From the human T2T-CHM13v2.0 reference genome, Homo sapiens: a stretch of 64,000 bases of DNA. The first letter of the stretch is position 1. The number at the start of each line of letters is the position of its first letter. A program made the position numbers and the translations under genes. Under the pieces are notes generated by a model. That model worked only from the letters and a program-made list of their open reading frames with translations, was not told the origin of the DNA and did no database searches. Positions 28,382-41,582 of this stretch are shown piece after piece. The DNA lies in contig CP068257.2 in the NCBI GenBank assembly GCA_009914755.4, positions 40,416,001 to 40,480,000 of the forward strand, read 5' to 3'.

Positions 28382-30803
28382 TGAGTTTGTCATTGGATCA
28401 CCTCCCTTGGGAGGAAGTCTTGCCCTGGGGATGTAGGAACAAGAACTAACATGCTCAGTGCCTCCTAACAGCCCCACTTTACCTAGTGTGTCAATTCCCC
28501 ACAGACAAGTAAACTGAGGCCCAGGAAGCATCGTTGCCTGAGGTTGCCGAGTTGATAAGCAAAGGTCTCAGTCCCTGTGGACTCAGAGCCTGGGCTTCTC
28601 CCCTGGGACCCTGCAGCTCCACCGGCAGTTATTCCAATTCTTCCTCAGGTGTTGGAGGCTTGTATGGAAACTCCTTGCTTCTGTCTCTCGCTCAGCCCTT
28701 AGAAAACCTCCAAGAGATGGCCACTCCTGCCTGTGGTGCAGAGAACGCCCAGGCAGAAGACCCTTGGAGGCTCAGACAGAGAACTCACTGCACTTTCAGT
28801 CATCCTGGGCTGGCTCCCCGGCCCCTCTCACGTTCTTTATGGATTTGACCCAAAGTCTTCCAGATGGATGGAGCTGTGGGCACTGAGTCTGGGAATGTCT
28901 CAGCCCACCTTGGCTCCCTTCTCCAGCAGGAGTGGAGGTGTGTGATGTCAAACAGGCCCAGCCTCTCTCTCAGACCCGGTTCTGGGCCCACACAGCCCCT
29001 TCTTCCTGAAAGCAGAGGTGGCAGTAAGAGGATGGCTTTGGCCTTTGAATGTTCTCAAGCGATCCAAGTTCAGAGTATACTGTTGCTGTCCTCTGTCCCT
29101 GAAGCTTCTCTCCTACTCCTTGGACAAACTCACTTCTCCCCTCAGGGACTTCTCTCATGTAGCAGAGTGTACACCTGCTGCCCCAGCAAGGCCTTCACAA
29201 TGATCCAAGCCTGGCCTGTTGCTCCAGCTTCTGGAACCTCCCATGGCCTTCGGTCTACTTGAATGCTCCTGAGGCCAGGTAGCTCATCACTGCCGGAGGA
29301 CCTGTTGCCACTCACTTCTAGCCACAAGAAATGTCTGCCTGTCCTGAGCAAAACCCACCTTGGAGGAACTTCTTTACTCCCTTGTTGAATTTTTGGCTCT
29401 ACCAAATAAACATGAATTGCTTCCCTGTGAAAGACCTCCAAACACTTTCCTCTGCCTGTGTGTTGTTCATCAGTGGTGTAGCCGAATCCAGGGCGAGGAG
29501 GACCTGCATTTTAGCTGGTGTTAACCAGAGTGGAGGGAGGATTAGGAGTGGCCTTTGGGTGGACAGGAGGTATGACAGGCTGCAGATGGTGGACCAAGCC
29601 TTGCTGTGCCCCCGACCCAGCTCGACATGCACACGTGGGTGGTTCTGGCTCCCTGGGTGGGAAGAATGGTGGGGTGGGTGGGCATTGTGAGCCTGGCAAC
29701 CAGACCCCACGGAATAGCAGGGAGGAGGAGGAAGGAGGACGCCCTCCAAGAAACAGTGGAGTGAAACCTTAGTGCCTACTTCACAGCCCATCTGGGGTCT
29801 CTCCCTGCTTGCTTCTGGGCAGAGGGTGTCCATTATACCACAAGCACAACCTTGAAATGTGCTGGAGCAGGAAGTCGCGCAGGACCTCATTCCCCAGGAC
29901 TTTCCATACATGAGGAATGCAGGGCTGAGCAGGTGAGATGCGGCGGTGGGAGGCATGCCGCCTGCTCCCTCTCCTGATTCACTGGGGTTTTGGGCTGCAG
30001 GCAGTCAGAAGGTCTCATTTTGGGGGGTTCTCAGCAATAGATGGGGATACAGTAGGAGGGCAAAGTCACAGAAATTCTCTGCTGGAACTCCAAGACGCAG
30101 GGGCTGGGAACCGTCTGCAGGACCCAGACCCAGAGTTGGACCAGGATTAAAGGTGGTGGGGGGTGTGGGGTGCCGAATGTGAAGAACAGAACGGAAGTGC
30201 AGGAAGACAGCCCGACCTCCAGGAGACACCATCACTCTCGGTGTTTCCCTCCCTGTGTTTCTTTCTTCCAAGAAAGGGTATTTCCAAGAGGACAGATTGG
30301 TTGACCAAAAGGCCATTTTATTTCTACTTTATAAAAATAGATGAAAGGAGACTTGAAATTATTTTGCCTCTTACATCACTGGGTTTGGGTTCTGGAAGTC
30401 CCTGGAGGGTGCGCCTGTAGCCCAGACTTCACAGGTAGACATGGAGGTCATGCAGGTCACATGGCTGGTTGACACCTGTAAAGCTATGATGGCCAAGCAG
30501 AACTTTGCCGGGTATCTCTGGTCCTATTCCCTCCCCCGGGTCATCTGCCTCCCTCCTGGAATTGATTGATTAAGTGCTATCCCTCCATTTCGTCTAATAG
30601 ACCACAGGAAGGATAGGCCAAACAAGAAGGGCCTACTTCAACTTACAAGTCAAGTCACGGTTTCAGAACACCTTATCTCCAACCTCTGTCCTCACCACAA
30701 GCCAGCCCGACAATGTCCTCATCCGATTTTCTCAAAAGAGTTTGGGCGATCTTGAGGGCAAATCCCATTAAATATCTGTACCCAGTCTAGCATCCAGAGT
30801 TGT

Positions 30804-30897
30804 CAGCGTTCGTGAGCAAACAGATCTCAGAGGCATCAGTGTTCGTGAGCAAACAGATCTCAGAGGCGTCAGCATTCGTGAGCAAACAGATCTCATT
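30804..30897. repeat. 33-bp tandem repeat, about 2.8 copies.
   Basis: The unit cag(c/t)gttcgtgagcaaacagatctcagaggc(a/g)t is repeated. Confidence 0.85.
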
Positions 30898-32626
30898 CTT
30901 AGTGAGAGTGCTTCTCCTCTGGAAGCTCTTGAGGAGACACCCTCCTTACATCTTCCAGCTGCAGGTGTTACCGGCAAACCGTGGTGCGCCTTGGCTCACA
31001 GCCACATCTCTCCAACCTCTGCCTCCTCGGAGTCCTTTTCTGTCACTTAGAAGGACGCTGTCCCTGGATTCGGGGCAATGCTAGGGCAGGATGATCTCAT
31101 CTCTGACCTTACATCTGCAACAGCCCTTTCCAAATAAGGTCCCATCCTAAGATTCTGGGTGGACATGAATTTTGAGGAGACACCATTCGAACATATCTTT
31201 GTATCTCTTCCTTCTCAGGGTGTGTCCTACCCCCTCACAGCTTATTCTTTTTCCCTTCAAACACTCTGTTGAGACCCTTACACGAGGCGGTTTCCCCAGA
31301 CACCGCACAGATCTCTCCTCCCTAACGAGTTCCGCAGACTCTCTGGAAGTCTGGCTGGAAATGCTGCTCTCCCTTTTTCCTTCTGGGATGGAAAAACGCT
31401 CCCAATGGCTCCACCAGTCAGTCAGTGAGACGTTCCAAACCGGTCTTTCCACTTGGGCTTCCTCATCTGTTTATCTTTTATTTATACAAGCCTCAAACCA
31501 CTGAACACTGCTTGGTAAACATTCCCTCATTTACTATGCAAATGTTAGCACGGGGGCCCACGCCCGCCCTTCCCCAGGAAAGCCACTGAGTGCTGAATGC
31601 GGATGGACTTTCTTCACATTCTTTGGGGTTTTCGGAAAGGGTATGTTTTTCCTAACGTCACTTCAAATGTATTTCTTAACAAAAACCTCCTAACCTTTGG
31701 AAAATGGAAAAGAAGTTACTCATCTGAAAGGAAACTCCAAGTTTTTAGGACCTCTACCAAACCCCTGAGTGACTGCGGTCACCTCGCCTGCCAGCATGCT
31801 AAGAAGGCATTGTCTTGCCACAGGGCTGGGTTTCTGCCAGCGATTTCTGCAACATGTTATGTCTGGGTTATGTATTTGAATTCCCGGCCAGGATTTTCTG
31901 GTGGGTCTCCCTACCCTCCATGAAAGAGTCCCTGTGCAGTGCCAGCCCTGCATCATGGTTCTTGCAACGACTGAGCATTCTGCACGCCTGGAAATGTGGA
32001 GCAGCCGGGAGGATGAATGGCCGTCAGCTTCTGAGTCCCTCCTCATCTTTACAGTGCAATAGTGAGAGTCTTTTTCTAGGTCAGTGGTTTGTAAAATGGC
32101 CAGCTTTAGAGGGAACCACCACCCTTCTAAGAATTGTAACTATATAATCACATGGCATTTAAATATATTACCAAGACCAAGGGCATCAGAGGGCATCAGT
32201 TTCTCAGCTGGGAGTGACTTCCTCACACTCCTGGATTCCCTTGGCAGGAGGCAGATGAAGAGAGCTGCTGAAAAAGTGACTTTCCTGGTTTGTGATCTCC
32301 ACAGGAAAGAACATGCGACCCGTCTGAGCCTTGAATGTCGGAATGAAGTGTTTTGCTGCTGGTCACGGCTATTCTGGGAAGCACGGCTGTGGGTCTGTGA
32401 GACCATAGAAGAGGTCCTTAAAATAATATGCACGCCCGGGAGTTGGGAGCGATGAGCGGCTGTGGGGAGCCCTCTTCTGCCTGCTGCTTCCTGGTCCTAC
32501 CCTAATGTGTATGTGGGCTGACCCCAGGCCATTCAACAAGCACTTATTGAGTACCTACTGTATGCCAGACATGGGCTGGGCCCCAGGAGGAAGTAGTCTT
32601 AGGTCCTGATTCCTCCTTTTGTTTTT

Positions 32627-32938
32627 GTTTTGTTTTGTTTTTGTTTTCGAGATAGGGCCTGGTTCTGCTGCCCAGGCTGGAGTGCAGTGACCTGAACAAG
32701 GCTCATTGTAGCTTAGACCTCCTGGGCCCAAGTGATCCTCCTGCCTCAGCCTCCCGCATAGCTGGGTCTACAGGCACACACCACCACGCCTGGCAAATTT
32801 TTTCTTTTGTATTGTTTTGTAGAGACAGGGGTCTCACTATGTTGCCCACGCTGATCTCAAGCTCTTGGTGTGAAGTGATCCTCCTGCCTCAGCCTCCTAA
32901 AGCACTGGGATTACAGGCGTGGGTCACCGCGCCAGGCC
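32627..32938 (-). mobile_element. Alu.
   Basis: A (ttttg)n tail is followed by an antisense Alu body that ends ggtcaccgcgccaggcc. Confidence 0.85.
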
Positions 32939-33106
32939 CTGACTCCTCCCTTTGTGCTGCCCATCACCTATCAGGGCAGGGGAGACCTTCACTCACATTG
33001 TCACAGAATAAAGGGACCAATGACCTCAGAGAAGCGACAGCGAAGTGCTGTTTTAGGTGTCGGGAAGTGGGATGGCAGTGGGCCGAGGACTGAAGGGCAG
33101 CAGGGA

Positions 33107-33205
33107 GGAATGAGAATTTGAATTGGCGCTGAGTGGGATGAGTGTTTGAATTGGCACTGATTGGAATGAGTATTTGGATTGGCGCTGAATGGGTCAATAT
33201 TGGTT
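33107..33205. repeat. Tandem repeat of about 30 bp, 3 copies.
   Basis: The sequence reads gaatgagaatttgaattggcgctgagtgg / gatgagtgtttgaattggcactgattg / gaatgagtatttggattggcgctgaatgg. Confidence 0.8.
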
Positions 33206-34879
33206 CTCCCCTTTTGGGTTGATGCTGATTTGTGGCCCTAGCGTCCCCCAGGCAGGGCCCCAATTGTGTTGCTTGAACTTGGCCTCTGACCCCAGGCTGA
33301 CGTGGACCCTGGGTTTAGCTGCTGCTGCTCGTGGGTTTAGCTGCTGCCGCTCGGCTCTGCTTCTGTTGCATTCTGGTTCTGGTCATCTGCTCAGTGGCTC
33401 AGCCCCTCTGGGGATGGCTCTTGCCATGTTTAGTCCCAGTGTCAGGAGTTTCTGGTCCTGGAGTCAGCCCTGCCACTCCCTGGAGGACCTTCCCGAGGCC
33501 AGCTGCCTAATCCCCAGCCCCGATCCCCTGTCTGTGGCCTTGTGTCGTTGTGATCCACACTGTCCTGCCCACCACGCTGTCACCTGCTTGCCTCAACGCT
33601 GGCCAGCTACTGCTGAACACCCTTGGAAGCCCTGACCTGGCCCAGGCTTAGTGTCCCCTCCCCTGACCATTTGTGGGGACAGCTCCTCCAGCACTGGCCG
33701 GCTCTCGTCGGGGTCCATTGGGGGCCACTTCTAGGCTAGACCCTCACTGCCTGCCTGTCTGTCCCTAGAGACCACCAATGGCAAGGAGTCCATCTGGCCA
33801 GTGGTCCCATGGACAGTGGACCGTGGACAGTGACAGCAGGTTGGACAGTGACTGCGGTGGACATGACACAGCCCTTTCTTGCAGGGAAGGTTGATTTCAG
33901 GGTCACTCTTGCACTTGATCTTCCTAAAGAGGAAGCAAGGAAGCCAGCCTCTCCAAAGCACTGATTGCATCCTGGGGTCTCTGAGCAAGCTGGCTCAGTT
34001 GCCACCTGTGGGCATGCACTATTCTTCCACTTGCAGATTAGATGCCAGGACAAGTGTCTTCCAAAGGCCACCTAGAAAGCAAACGTCAATGAATCTGGGG
34101 TTAGACCTGGCTCTGCAAGGACCCAAAGGTCATGGCAGCCCTCTTCCTCCTCGTCGTCCTCAGCGGTCAGTGGCTTCTGATGTCTCTGTTCCCCAGTCGC
34201 TGCATACTTGTGCCTCAGAGCTGAGCTTCTTATCTACCCTCCACTGACGCTGCCCACTCGGGAAGGAGCCTCCCTTGCTCTGAAGCTGCCACTCAGGTAC
34301 GGAGGCTGGAGGGCCCCATAGGGGACAGACAGGGTGGGTAGGGGAGTGCTGCCTGCCTGGCAGATTCACCCAATGCCAGCATTTCTCATCACAGCACCTC
34401 AGACAAGGCAGCCTGACACTTAACAGCCCTCATTATCTGACCTAAATTCCTGCTGAAATTGAGGTCGGCCTCTTCTGATTCTGCCCCAAGTGATCTGGAG
34501 GCCTCGGTCGGTCACCATGCCCCTGTGAGGGGACACACCCTGTGCACGGAAACTGATGGTGACCGGGGCCACGTTCGCTGGTGCCCTGCCTTGATGCCCA
34601 CTTCTAGAGAGGCAGAGCTCTCAGCACCTACATTGTCCTGGGGGCCGGGCAGGCCGGGACCTGGCGTGTGGCTGGAAGGGTGGAGTGATAGGGCAGTGGA
34701 AATGCATCTTGTGCCCTGTGCTCCGGCGTCCCTGCCCTCTGCATGGGTTCCTGGGTGAGGCCAGCTCCCGGCCCCAGCCTCTCCGGAGGGCCCAACTGAC
34801 CCTTCTCCCTTCAGGCTTCAGTGTTGGTGCCACGGACCCTGTTGTCTGGGCATAATTGGGCGTGGGATTATGTTTAACC

Positions 34880-35140
34880 TACAGGTGCACACCTGTAGTC
34901 CCAGCTACTCGGGAGGCTGAGGTGGGAGGATTGGTGCCCAGGAGGTCGAGGCTGCAGTGAGCCCAGATCCTGTCATGCACTCCAGCCTGAGTGACAGAGA
35001 GAGACCCTGTCTAAAGAAACAAACAAACAAAAAAACCAGCCAATTAACAAACAAACAAAAAAGCAGTGAGGGTCGGACATGGTGGCTCATGCCTGTAATC
35101 CCAGCACTTTGGGAGGCTGAGGCGGGAGGATTATGTTTAA
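34880..35140 (+). mobile_element. Alu fragments. A right monomer with a (CAAA)n-rich tail is followed by a 5' Alu stub.
   Basis: The first part reads tgcacacctgtagtcccagctactcgggaggctgagg..ctgtctaaagaaacaaacaaac. It is followed by gtcggacatggtggctcatgcctgtaatcccagcactttgggaggctgaggcgggagga. The flanking sequence gattatgtttaacct occurs on both sides. Confidence 0.7.
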
Positions 35141-35182
35141 CCTGTTTAACATCTTCCCCTTTAGACTCTGTGTGAGTCGGCT

Positions 35183-35580
35183 TGGGCTGGGAACAAAGCA
35201 GTGCAAACTGGGAGCTTAAACAACCGACGTTGATTCCCTCACAGTTCTGGAGGCCGGAAGGTCAAGATCCAGGTGTCTGGACAGAGCCCTCCTGGCCTGT
35301 GCTGGTGTGGGCGGAGGCGGTGGTCCCTGGTGTGCCCTGGCTGCAGCCGCCTCGCTCCCCCTCCACCTCTGTTGTCTCATGGTACTCCCTTCTCCATTCA
35401 TTTGCATCCAAATGTCTCTCTTTTTATAAGGACATATTAGATTTAGGGCCCACCCTACTCCAATTTGACCTCATTTTAACTACACCTGCAAAAATCCTGT
35501 TCCCAAATACAGTCACATTCACCAGTTCGGAGGGGTAGGACTTCAACATATCTTTTTGAGGGACACAATTTAGCCCCCAA
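35183..35580 (+). mobile_element. MaLR/ERVL-type LTR, family copy 2.
   Basis: The sequence runs ..gggagcttaaacaacc..cacagttctggaggccggaaggtcaagatccaggtg......ttataaggacatattagatttagggcccaccctactccaatttgacctcattttaact..atacagtcacattcaccagttcggaggggtaggacttcaacatatctttttgagggacacaatttagccc. Confidence 0.65.
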
Positions 35581-36933
35581 GAGACTTTAAGGCTTTTGGA
35601 GGCCATGAGCGGGTCCCACTGAGGCCCCAGGCTGGCCTGCAGCAGGCAGGGCCGGCAAATGTGTGTGGAAGGAGTGGGGCAGGGCAGAGGCCGGCTCTCA
35701 GATAGGCAGCTGAAGAAAAACCCGGCACATCCGCGGGGAGTTCGTGCTGGTGTCTTCTCTCTCTCTTTTCCTCTCCTTTCTTATATGTTGGGTTCTTCTC
35801 AAATGTGAATTTTCTGTATCAGCGTCCCGCCTGCCTGCCCATACCCTCCTCCCACCACCCAAGTCTCACTTCCTGTTTTCGGCCTTTCGCCTGAACTGCT
35901 TCAGAAGTTGAAACCCCACAGGGCTGGGCCTGCCCCTGCGAGGCATGTTTTTTTCTGGAAGGAGGAAGCGGCAACGGGTTACAGGCTGGAGGCTGTCCCT
36001 GTGCTCAGATCCCACACACGTCCCCAGCAAGCCCCAGCCCCTGCCCTGCGGGAAGTGGGGTCTTGAACACTGCCCCGTGGGGCTCTCTCAGGGGCAGGTG
36101 AGGCAGCGTCTTCTCGCGCCCTCATTTCCCTCAACTTATCTCCAGGGCAAAATCCTATGCAGTGGCACCCAGTGGCCGGCCCTGACTTTGATCTTGGGTG
36201 CTTTCTTCTCCACCCAAAAGGCTCTGAGGTCATCTCTGTATCAGAAAATCAGCAAGATCTGCAGCTGGACAGTGGGGACTGATGGCCACTGTCATCAGCA
36301 TCATGGTGAGCACTTGAGCTGTGGTTTCCTCAGGACAAATTGGCCTTCCCCACGTGAACTCGCGGCAGGCAGAGAATCTAGGTTGGGACCCTGGACTGCA
36401 CCCGGTGCTGGGCTCCTGGCCTTTTCCCTCTCCGCCCTGCTAAGGCTGCTGTGCCGAGCCCTGGGACCATCCAACAGGGAGAAAGGCCTTGGGACAAAAA
36501 TGACACTTTCTCAACATCACCCACTGTTGAGGTTACAAGAAGCAGAGAGTGTGAGAACGTTTCCAAATGAAAGTGGGGGAAGGATCGCAAAGAAGCAAGT
36601 TAGTTAGGGCTGTGCCCGGCCAGCGCCAGTGCCAACGCCGAGCCGCCTCTGCAGGGGAAACCGAAGCAGATGTGGTGAGATAATACATCCAACCCTGAGT
36701 GCTACTCTAACCTGCCAGAGGCGGAGGGTTCTCAGTGAGATGAAAGCATTACAGATGCGTTAGATCTAAGGGAGGGGCCTGCAGAGGCGCAGCTGGCAGA
36801 GAAACCAGGGAGGGGCTGAACTGTCAGTCGCGACCACCAGGGATCTGAATCAGTTCACCGACAGCCTTGGGGACATTCACCTTGGGCTCCACAACCTGTC
36901 AGAAATGCCCCCAAGCCCAAAGGCGTCGAGAGA

Positions 36934-37130
36934 ATGGCCAGGTTGTTTCAGATTGACACATATCCTAATGTACAAGTCAGCCCACACACCCCACGTGCAC
37001 TGAGCGTCTCTTGTTGTTCACCCCAAATAAACTCTGCCGGAACTGGGGCGGGACTCGCAGGGGCGGAGAAGGGGGGAGACGGGCAGAGGGCAGAAGTGGA
37101 TGGTGAGAAGAGCCAATGGAGGGGCCCCAT
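36934..37130 (+). repeat. Inverted-repeat arm A.
   Basis: Arm A (ggccaggttgtttcagattgacacatatcctaatgtacaagtcagcccacacaccccac..caccccaaataaactctgc..gggcagagggcagaagtgg) is about 90% identical to the reverse complement of 38130-38350. Two ORFs, 36934-37335 on plus and 37972-38418 on minus, read MARLFQIDTYPNV... and ...ITARLFQIDTHPNV... respectively, which confirms the pair. Confidence 0.75.
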
Positions 37131-37166
37131 GAGAGTGAGCAAGGCTGCACCCCTAACCGACGTCCT

Positions 37167-37580
37167 GGGGCTACTGTACAAACAAAGAACCACAGGCTGG
37201 GAGGCTGAACAACAGACCTGCACTCTCTCGCAGCTCGGAGGCTGCAGGTCTGAAATCGAGGGGCTGACAGCGCTGGTTTCCTCTGGAGGCTGCGAGGGAG
37301 AAACCGTCCCCTGCCTCTCCCAGGCTCTGGGGTGAGCCCTTCCTGGCATCCCGGGCTCATTGTAGATGGATCACTCCAATCTCCATGGCTTCTCAGGGCT
37401 TCCCTCCATGCACCTCAAATCTCTCTCTCCTTCCTTTTGTAAGGATGCCAGTCATTGGATTTAGGTTCACCTTAAATCCAGGATGATCTCATCTAAATTA
37501 CATCTGCAAAAAGACCCTTTTTCCAAGTAAGTTGACATTCACAGGTACCTGGGGTTAGGATTGGACATATCTTTTGCAGG
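37167..37580 (+). mobile_element. MaLR/ERVL-type LTR, family copy 3 (more diverged).
   Basis: The sequence runs ggggctactgtacaaacaaagaaccacaggctgggaggctgaacaacag.......cttttgtaaggatgccagtcattggatttaggttcaccttaaatcc..acatctgcaaaaagaccc..gttgacattcacaggtacctggggttaggattggacatatcttttgcagg. Confidence 0.55.
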
Positions 37581-38129
37581 GGTGCAGGGGGCTGCCACTC
37601 AGCCCGCTGCACAGGGTGACCTGGGCCAAGGGCCCTTCACTTTGACTTCCTCATTGGCAAGCTGCCCTGTGTTTGGACTGGGTCGAGGCTGTCAACCTTG
37701 CTGCCCCTCGGAGTCCCCCCTGGTGTCCCCCAAACAGATTCTAAGCTGCTTTCCTGGGGCTGGAGGCCAGGCATTGGGATTTTTTAAAGAGCTTCCCAGC
37801 AGGTGAGCAGCCTTTCATGGGTATCAGGAGACCTTCCTGGCAAATGTGGTGAAGGTCCTTCCTCCTGAGCGATGCCTTAGACCCAGGAGCCCAGGGAGGC
37901 TGCTCACCTGATCGTTAGGACAGGAGCAGTGGAAACCTCTGGCCTCAGACCCCCTGGAGGAATCCCTCCCTCTAAGACTCTGGGACTGGTGCACGCAAGG
38001 AGCTATCGTGAACATTGCTCCCAACTGGCCGCTTGCTTGTCCCCCGGCTCCCCTTGGCCCCAGTGGCGGCTTTGCCTGAATTAGAGGGCGTGAGAGCCAC
38101 CTGTGTCTCAGCACTGCAATTAAAGCAGG

Positions 38130-38350
38130 AAGCCCTTTCGGAAGCAGCCGTGTGCACCAGCCTCCCATGGGTGGAGCAGAGCAAACCACCCACTTCTGCC
38201 CTCTGCCCTTCTTCCCTTTTCTCGACACCCTGCGGCCCCCCAGTTTCAGCAGAGTTTATTTGGGGTGAAAAACAAGAGATGCTCAGCGCCTGTGGGATGT
38301 GTGGGCTGACTCGTACATTAGGATGTGTGTCAATCTGAAATAACCTGGCC
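38130..38350 (-). repeat. Inverted-repeat arm B.
   Basis: It matches arm A at 36934-37130. Confidence 0.75.
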
Positions 38351-38359
38351 GTTATATGG

Positions 38360-38770
38360 ATGCCTTGGGGCTTGGGGGGTTTCTGGCAGTCTGTCGAGCC
38401 CGAGGTGAACGTCCCCAAGGCTGCTGGTGAATCAGATCCCTGGCGTTCTCCGTTGGCAGTTCAGCCCAACAGTTTCTCTGCCGGCCGTGCCTCTGCAGGT
38501 CCCTCCTCTGATCTGATTGGATTAATATTTGAATCAATAGACTGAGTCAAGCAGAATGTGGGTGGGCCTCATGCAATCAGCTGAAGCCCTGAAAAGAGCA
38601 AAAGGGCTGCCCCTTCCCCCGAGGAGGAGAGAACCCCTCCTGCCGGACGGCCTCCGAACTGGAACATCAGCTTTTTGCTGCCTTTGGACTTGAACTGAAA
38701 CATTACCTCTCCCTGGGTCTTGAGTCTGCCTACGTTGGCACGGGAACTACACGTTGGCTCTCTTGGGCCC
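38360..38770. mobile_element. Ancient interspersed repeat (MER/LTR-like, family uncertain).
   Basis: Motifs include ctgattggattaatatttgaatcaatagactgagt.aagcag...gtgggtgggcctcatgcaatcagctgaagccctgaa.agagcaaaagggctg.cc..cccccgag.aggag...ctcctgcc.gac.gcct.cgaactggaacatcagctttttgctgcctttggacttgaactgaaacattacctctccctgggtcttgagtctgcc. The family name could not be recalled with certainty. Confidence 0.45.
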
Positions 38771-38850
38771 CAGCTTGCTGACTCACCTTGCAGGTGGTGG
38801 TGGACTTGTCAGCTCCGTAACTGTGTGAGCCAATTTCAATTTCTTAGAAT

Positions 38851-39190
38851 CACAAATTTCTTTCTTTCTTTTCTTTTTTTCTTTTGAGACAGAGTTTCGC
38901 TTTAGTTGCCCAGGCTGGAGTGCAAAGGTGTGATCTCGGCGCACTGCAACCTCTGCCTCCAGGTTCAAGCGATTCCCCTGCCTAAGCCTCCTGAGTAGCT
39001 GGGACTGCAGGCGCCCAACACCACACCTGGCTAATTTTTGTATTTTTAGTAGAGATGGGTTTTTGCCATGTTGGCCAGACTGGTCTCTAACTCCTGACCT
39101 CAGGTGATCTGCCCGCCTCAGCCTCCCAAAGTGCTGGGATTACAGGCGTGCACCAACATGCCCGGCCCACAAATTTCTTTCTTTTCTTTT
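38851..39190 (-). mobile_element. Alu (body 38874-39167) with an intact target-site duplication of about 23 bp.
   Basis: The TSD cacaaatttctttc(tt)tcttttc is present at 38851-38873 and 39168-39190. A T-rich tail precedes the antisense Alu body, which ends catgcccggcc. Confidence 0.9.
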
Positions 39191-39720
39191 CTTTTTTTAA
39201 AATCAGTTTTCTGTTTCTCTGGAGAATCCTGACAAAGAGCGCATATCTGAGAATTTTAAAATCATTTATTGGAACTATTGAATCTGTTGTATTCTGTTTT
39301 TACTTTTGAAAATCCTTGCGGCTGGGGGAATGTACACCTTCTCTCTTTTCCTCTTAAACATTAAAGCCTGATTCGAGGTAGAGGCAACTCACTGTTGTGA
39401 TGTCCTTTTATCCCAACCTCAGCCCCGGCAGAAAGACTCCGCGCCTTGGGACATTGGTGTTTTCCAGGAGTGACTGTGCTGGGGCAGCTGCCTGTTGCGA
39501 TGAGGGCTGGCGGGGAACGATCCCCTCTGAGTTTGGCGTCACTTATTTGGAACCCTCCAGCAGAAAGCTTTCTAAGATGCCACACTATAAACTCATTCAT
39601 GCAGTTATTGCGTTTCAGTTCAGATTCTATTGCTCTTGCTTCATTATTTCAAAGCCACATGATGATATCCATTACTGGGTGCAGAATGGCCCTGATGGGT
39701 CTAGAAGCACCGTGGTCTGA

Positions 39721-40143
<423 letters not shown>

Positions 40144-40540
40144 TGCACCAACTTTTACAGACAGGCTGGAGTCCTGTCTAGAAGTCAGGACACCAGGCCT
40201 GGCTGGCACCCTATTCTCCAGACCACGCTGCCCTCCGCAGCCAGGTCCCAGGACCCAGACATAGGTGGATTTTTGTTTCTGCCTTGCATTCGCTCTTTTA
40301 CATGAACCGTGAATTCTTTGTCCTAACGTTATTGTTAGGGCGACAGCATTCCTGATCGTGGTGCTAATGCTGTTATCAATAGGCTCCAAAGCTTATCCTT
40401 GATGCTCACGATCTCAGAGTTGGAAGAGGCCCTGGCAAGCACCCAGGCCAGTCTTCTCTGGTAAGTGCCCTATGCCCTTAAAACCACCTCAGGATTTCAA
40501 GGACAGAGACAAATTAAAAATAGAGGCTTAATTCTCCTGA

Positions 40541-40907
<367 letters not shown>

Positions 40908-41280
40908 TAGTTGATCTTGCTCCAAGCTGCAAAACCACCTCCTGTCATGAAGATAGGAGTTCATTCTTCTTCTAGATACAGACAATTAACAAACACAGAT
41001 GGTAACCCCAGTGACCAGGTGGTTCTGGGGTCAACGGTGTGTGACAAATGGCACTGTCAGGGCCTCTTCCTTAAGGACTAGTTATTGTTTATGTTGAAAA
41101 CACGCATGCAGTTAGTTGTACCTGTTTGAGTCTTTAAAAGGATAAGATCCTTTCTTTGCAGTCTCTCAGCCATTGCTTGTGATGCATATCATCTTCTGGC
41201 TTAACGGTTATTCAATAATGAAACTTTTCTTTCTTTTCCACCTTTGTGGAGAGGTTTCCTGGGTTTAGAGCACACGTCTT

Positions 41281-41582
41281 TTTTCTTTCTTTTTTTTTTT
41301 TTTGAGATGGAGTCTCGCTCTGTCCTCCAGGCTGGAGTGCAGTGGCGCGATCTTGGCTCACTGCAACCTCCGCCTCCTGGGTTCAAGCAATTCTCTGCCT
41401 CAGCCTCCCAAGTAGCTGAGATTATAGGCATGTGCCACCACACCTGGCTAATTTTTGTATTTTTAGTAGAGATGGAGTTTCACCATCTTGGCCAGGCTGG
41501 TCTTGAACTCCTGACTTCGTGATCCACCCCCCACCCCTCCCAAAGTGCTGGGATTACAGGCATGAGCCATTGTGCCTGGCCA
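41281..41582 (-). mobile_element. Alu.
   Basis: A T-rich tail plus antisense Alu body ends gagccattgtgcctggcc. Confidence 0.85.

Noticed and set aside
35945-36607. A 220-aa plus-strand ORF.
   Set aside because: It lies in GC-rich sequence where long ORFs arise by chance. It has no recognisable domain, no splice structure and no Kozak context. The overlapping antisense ORFs have the same character.
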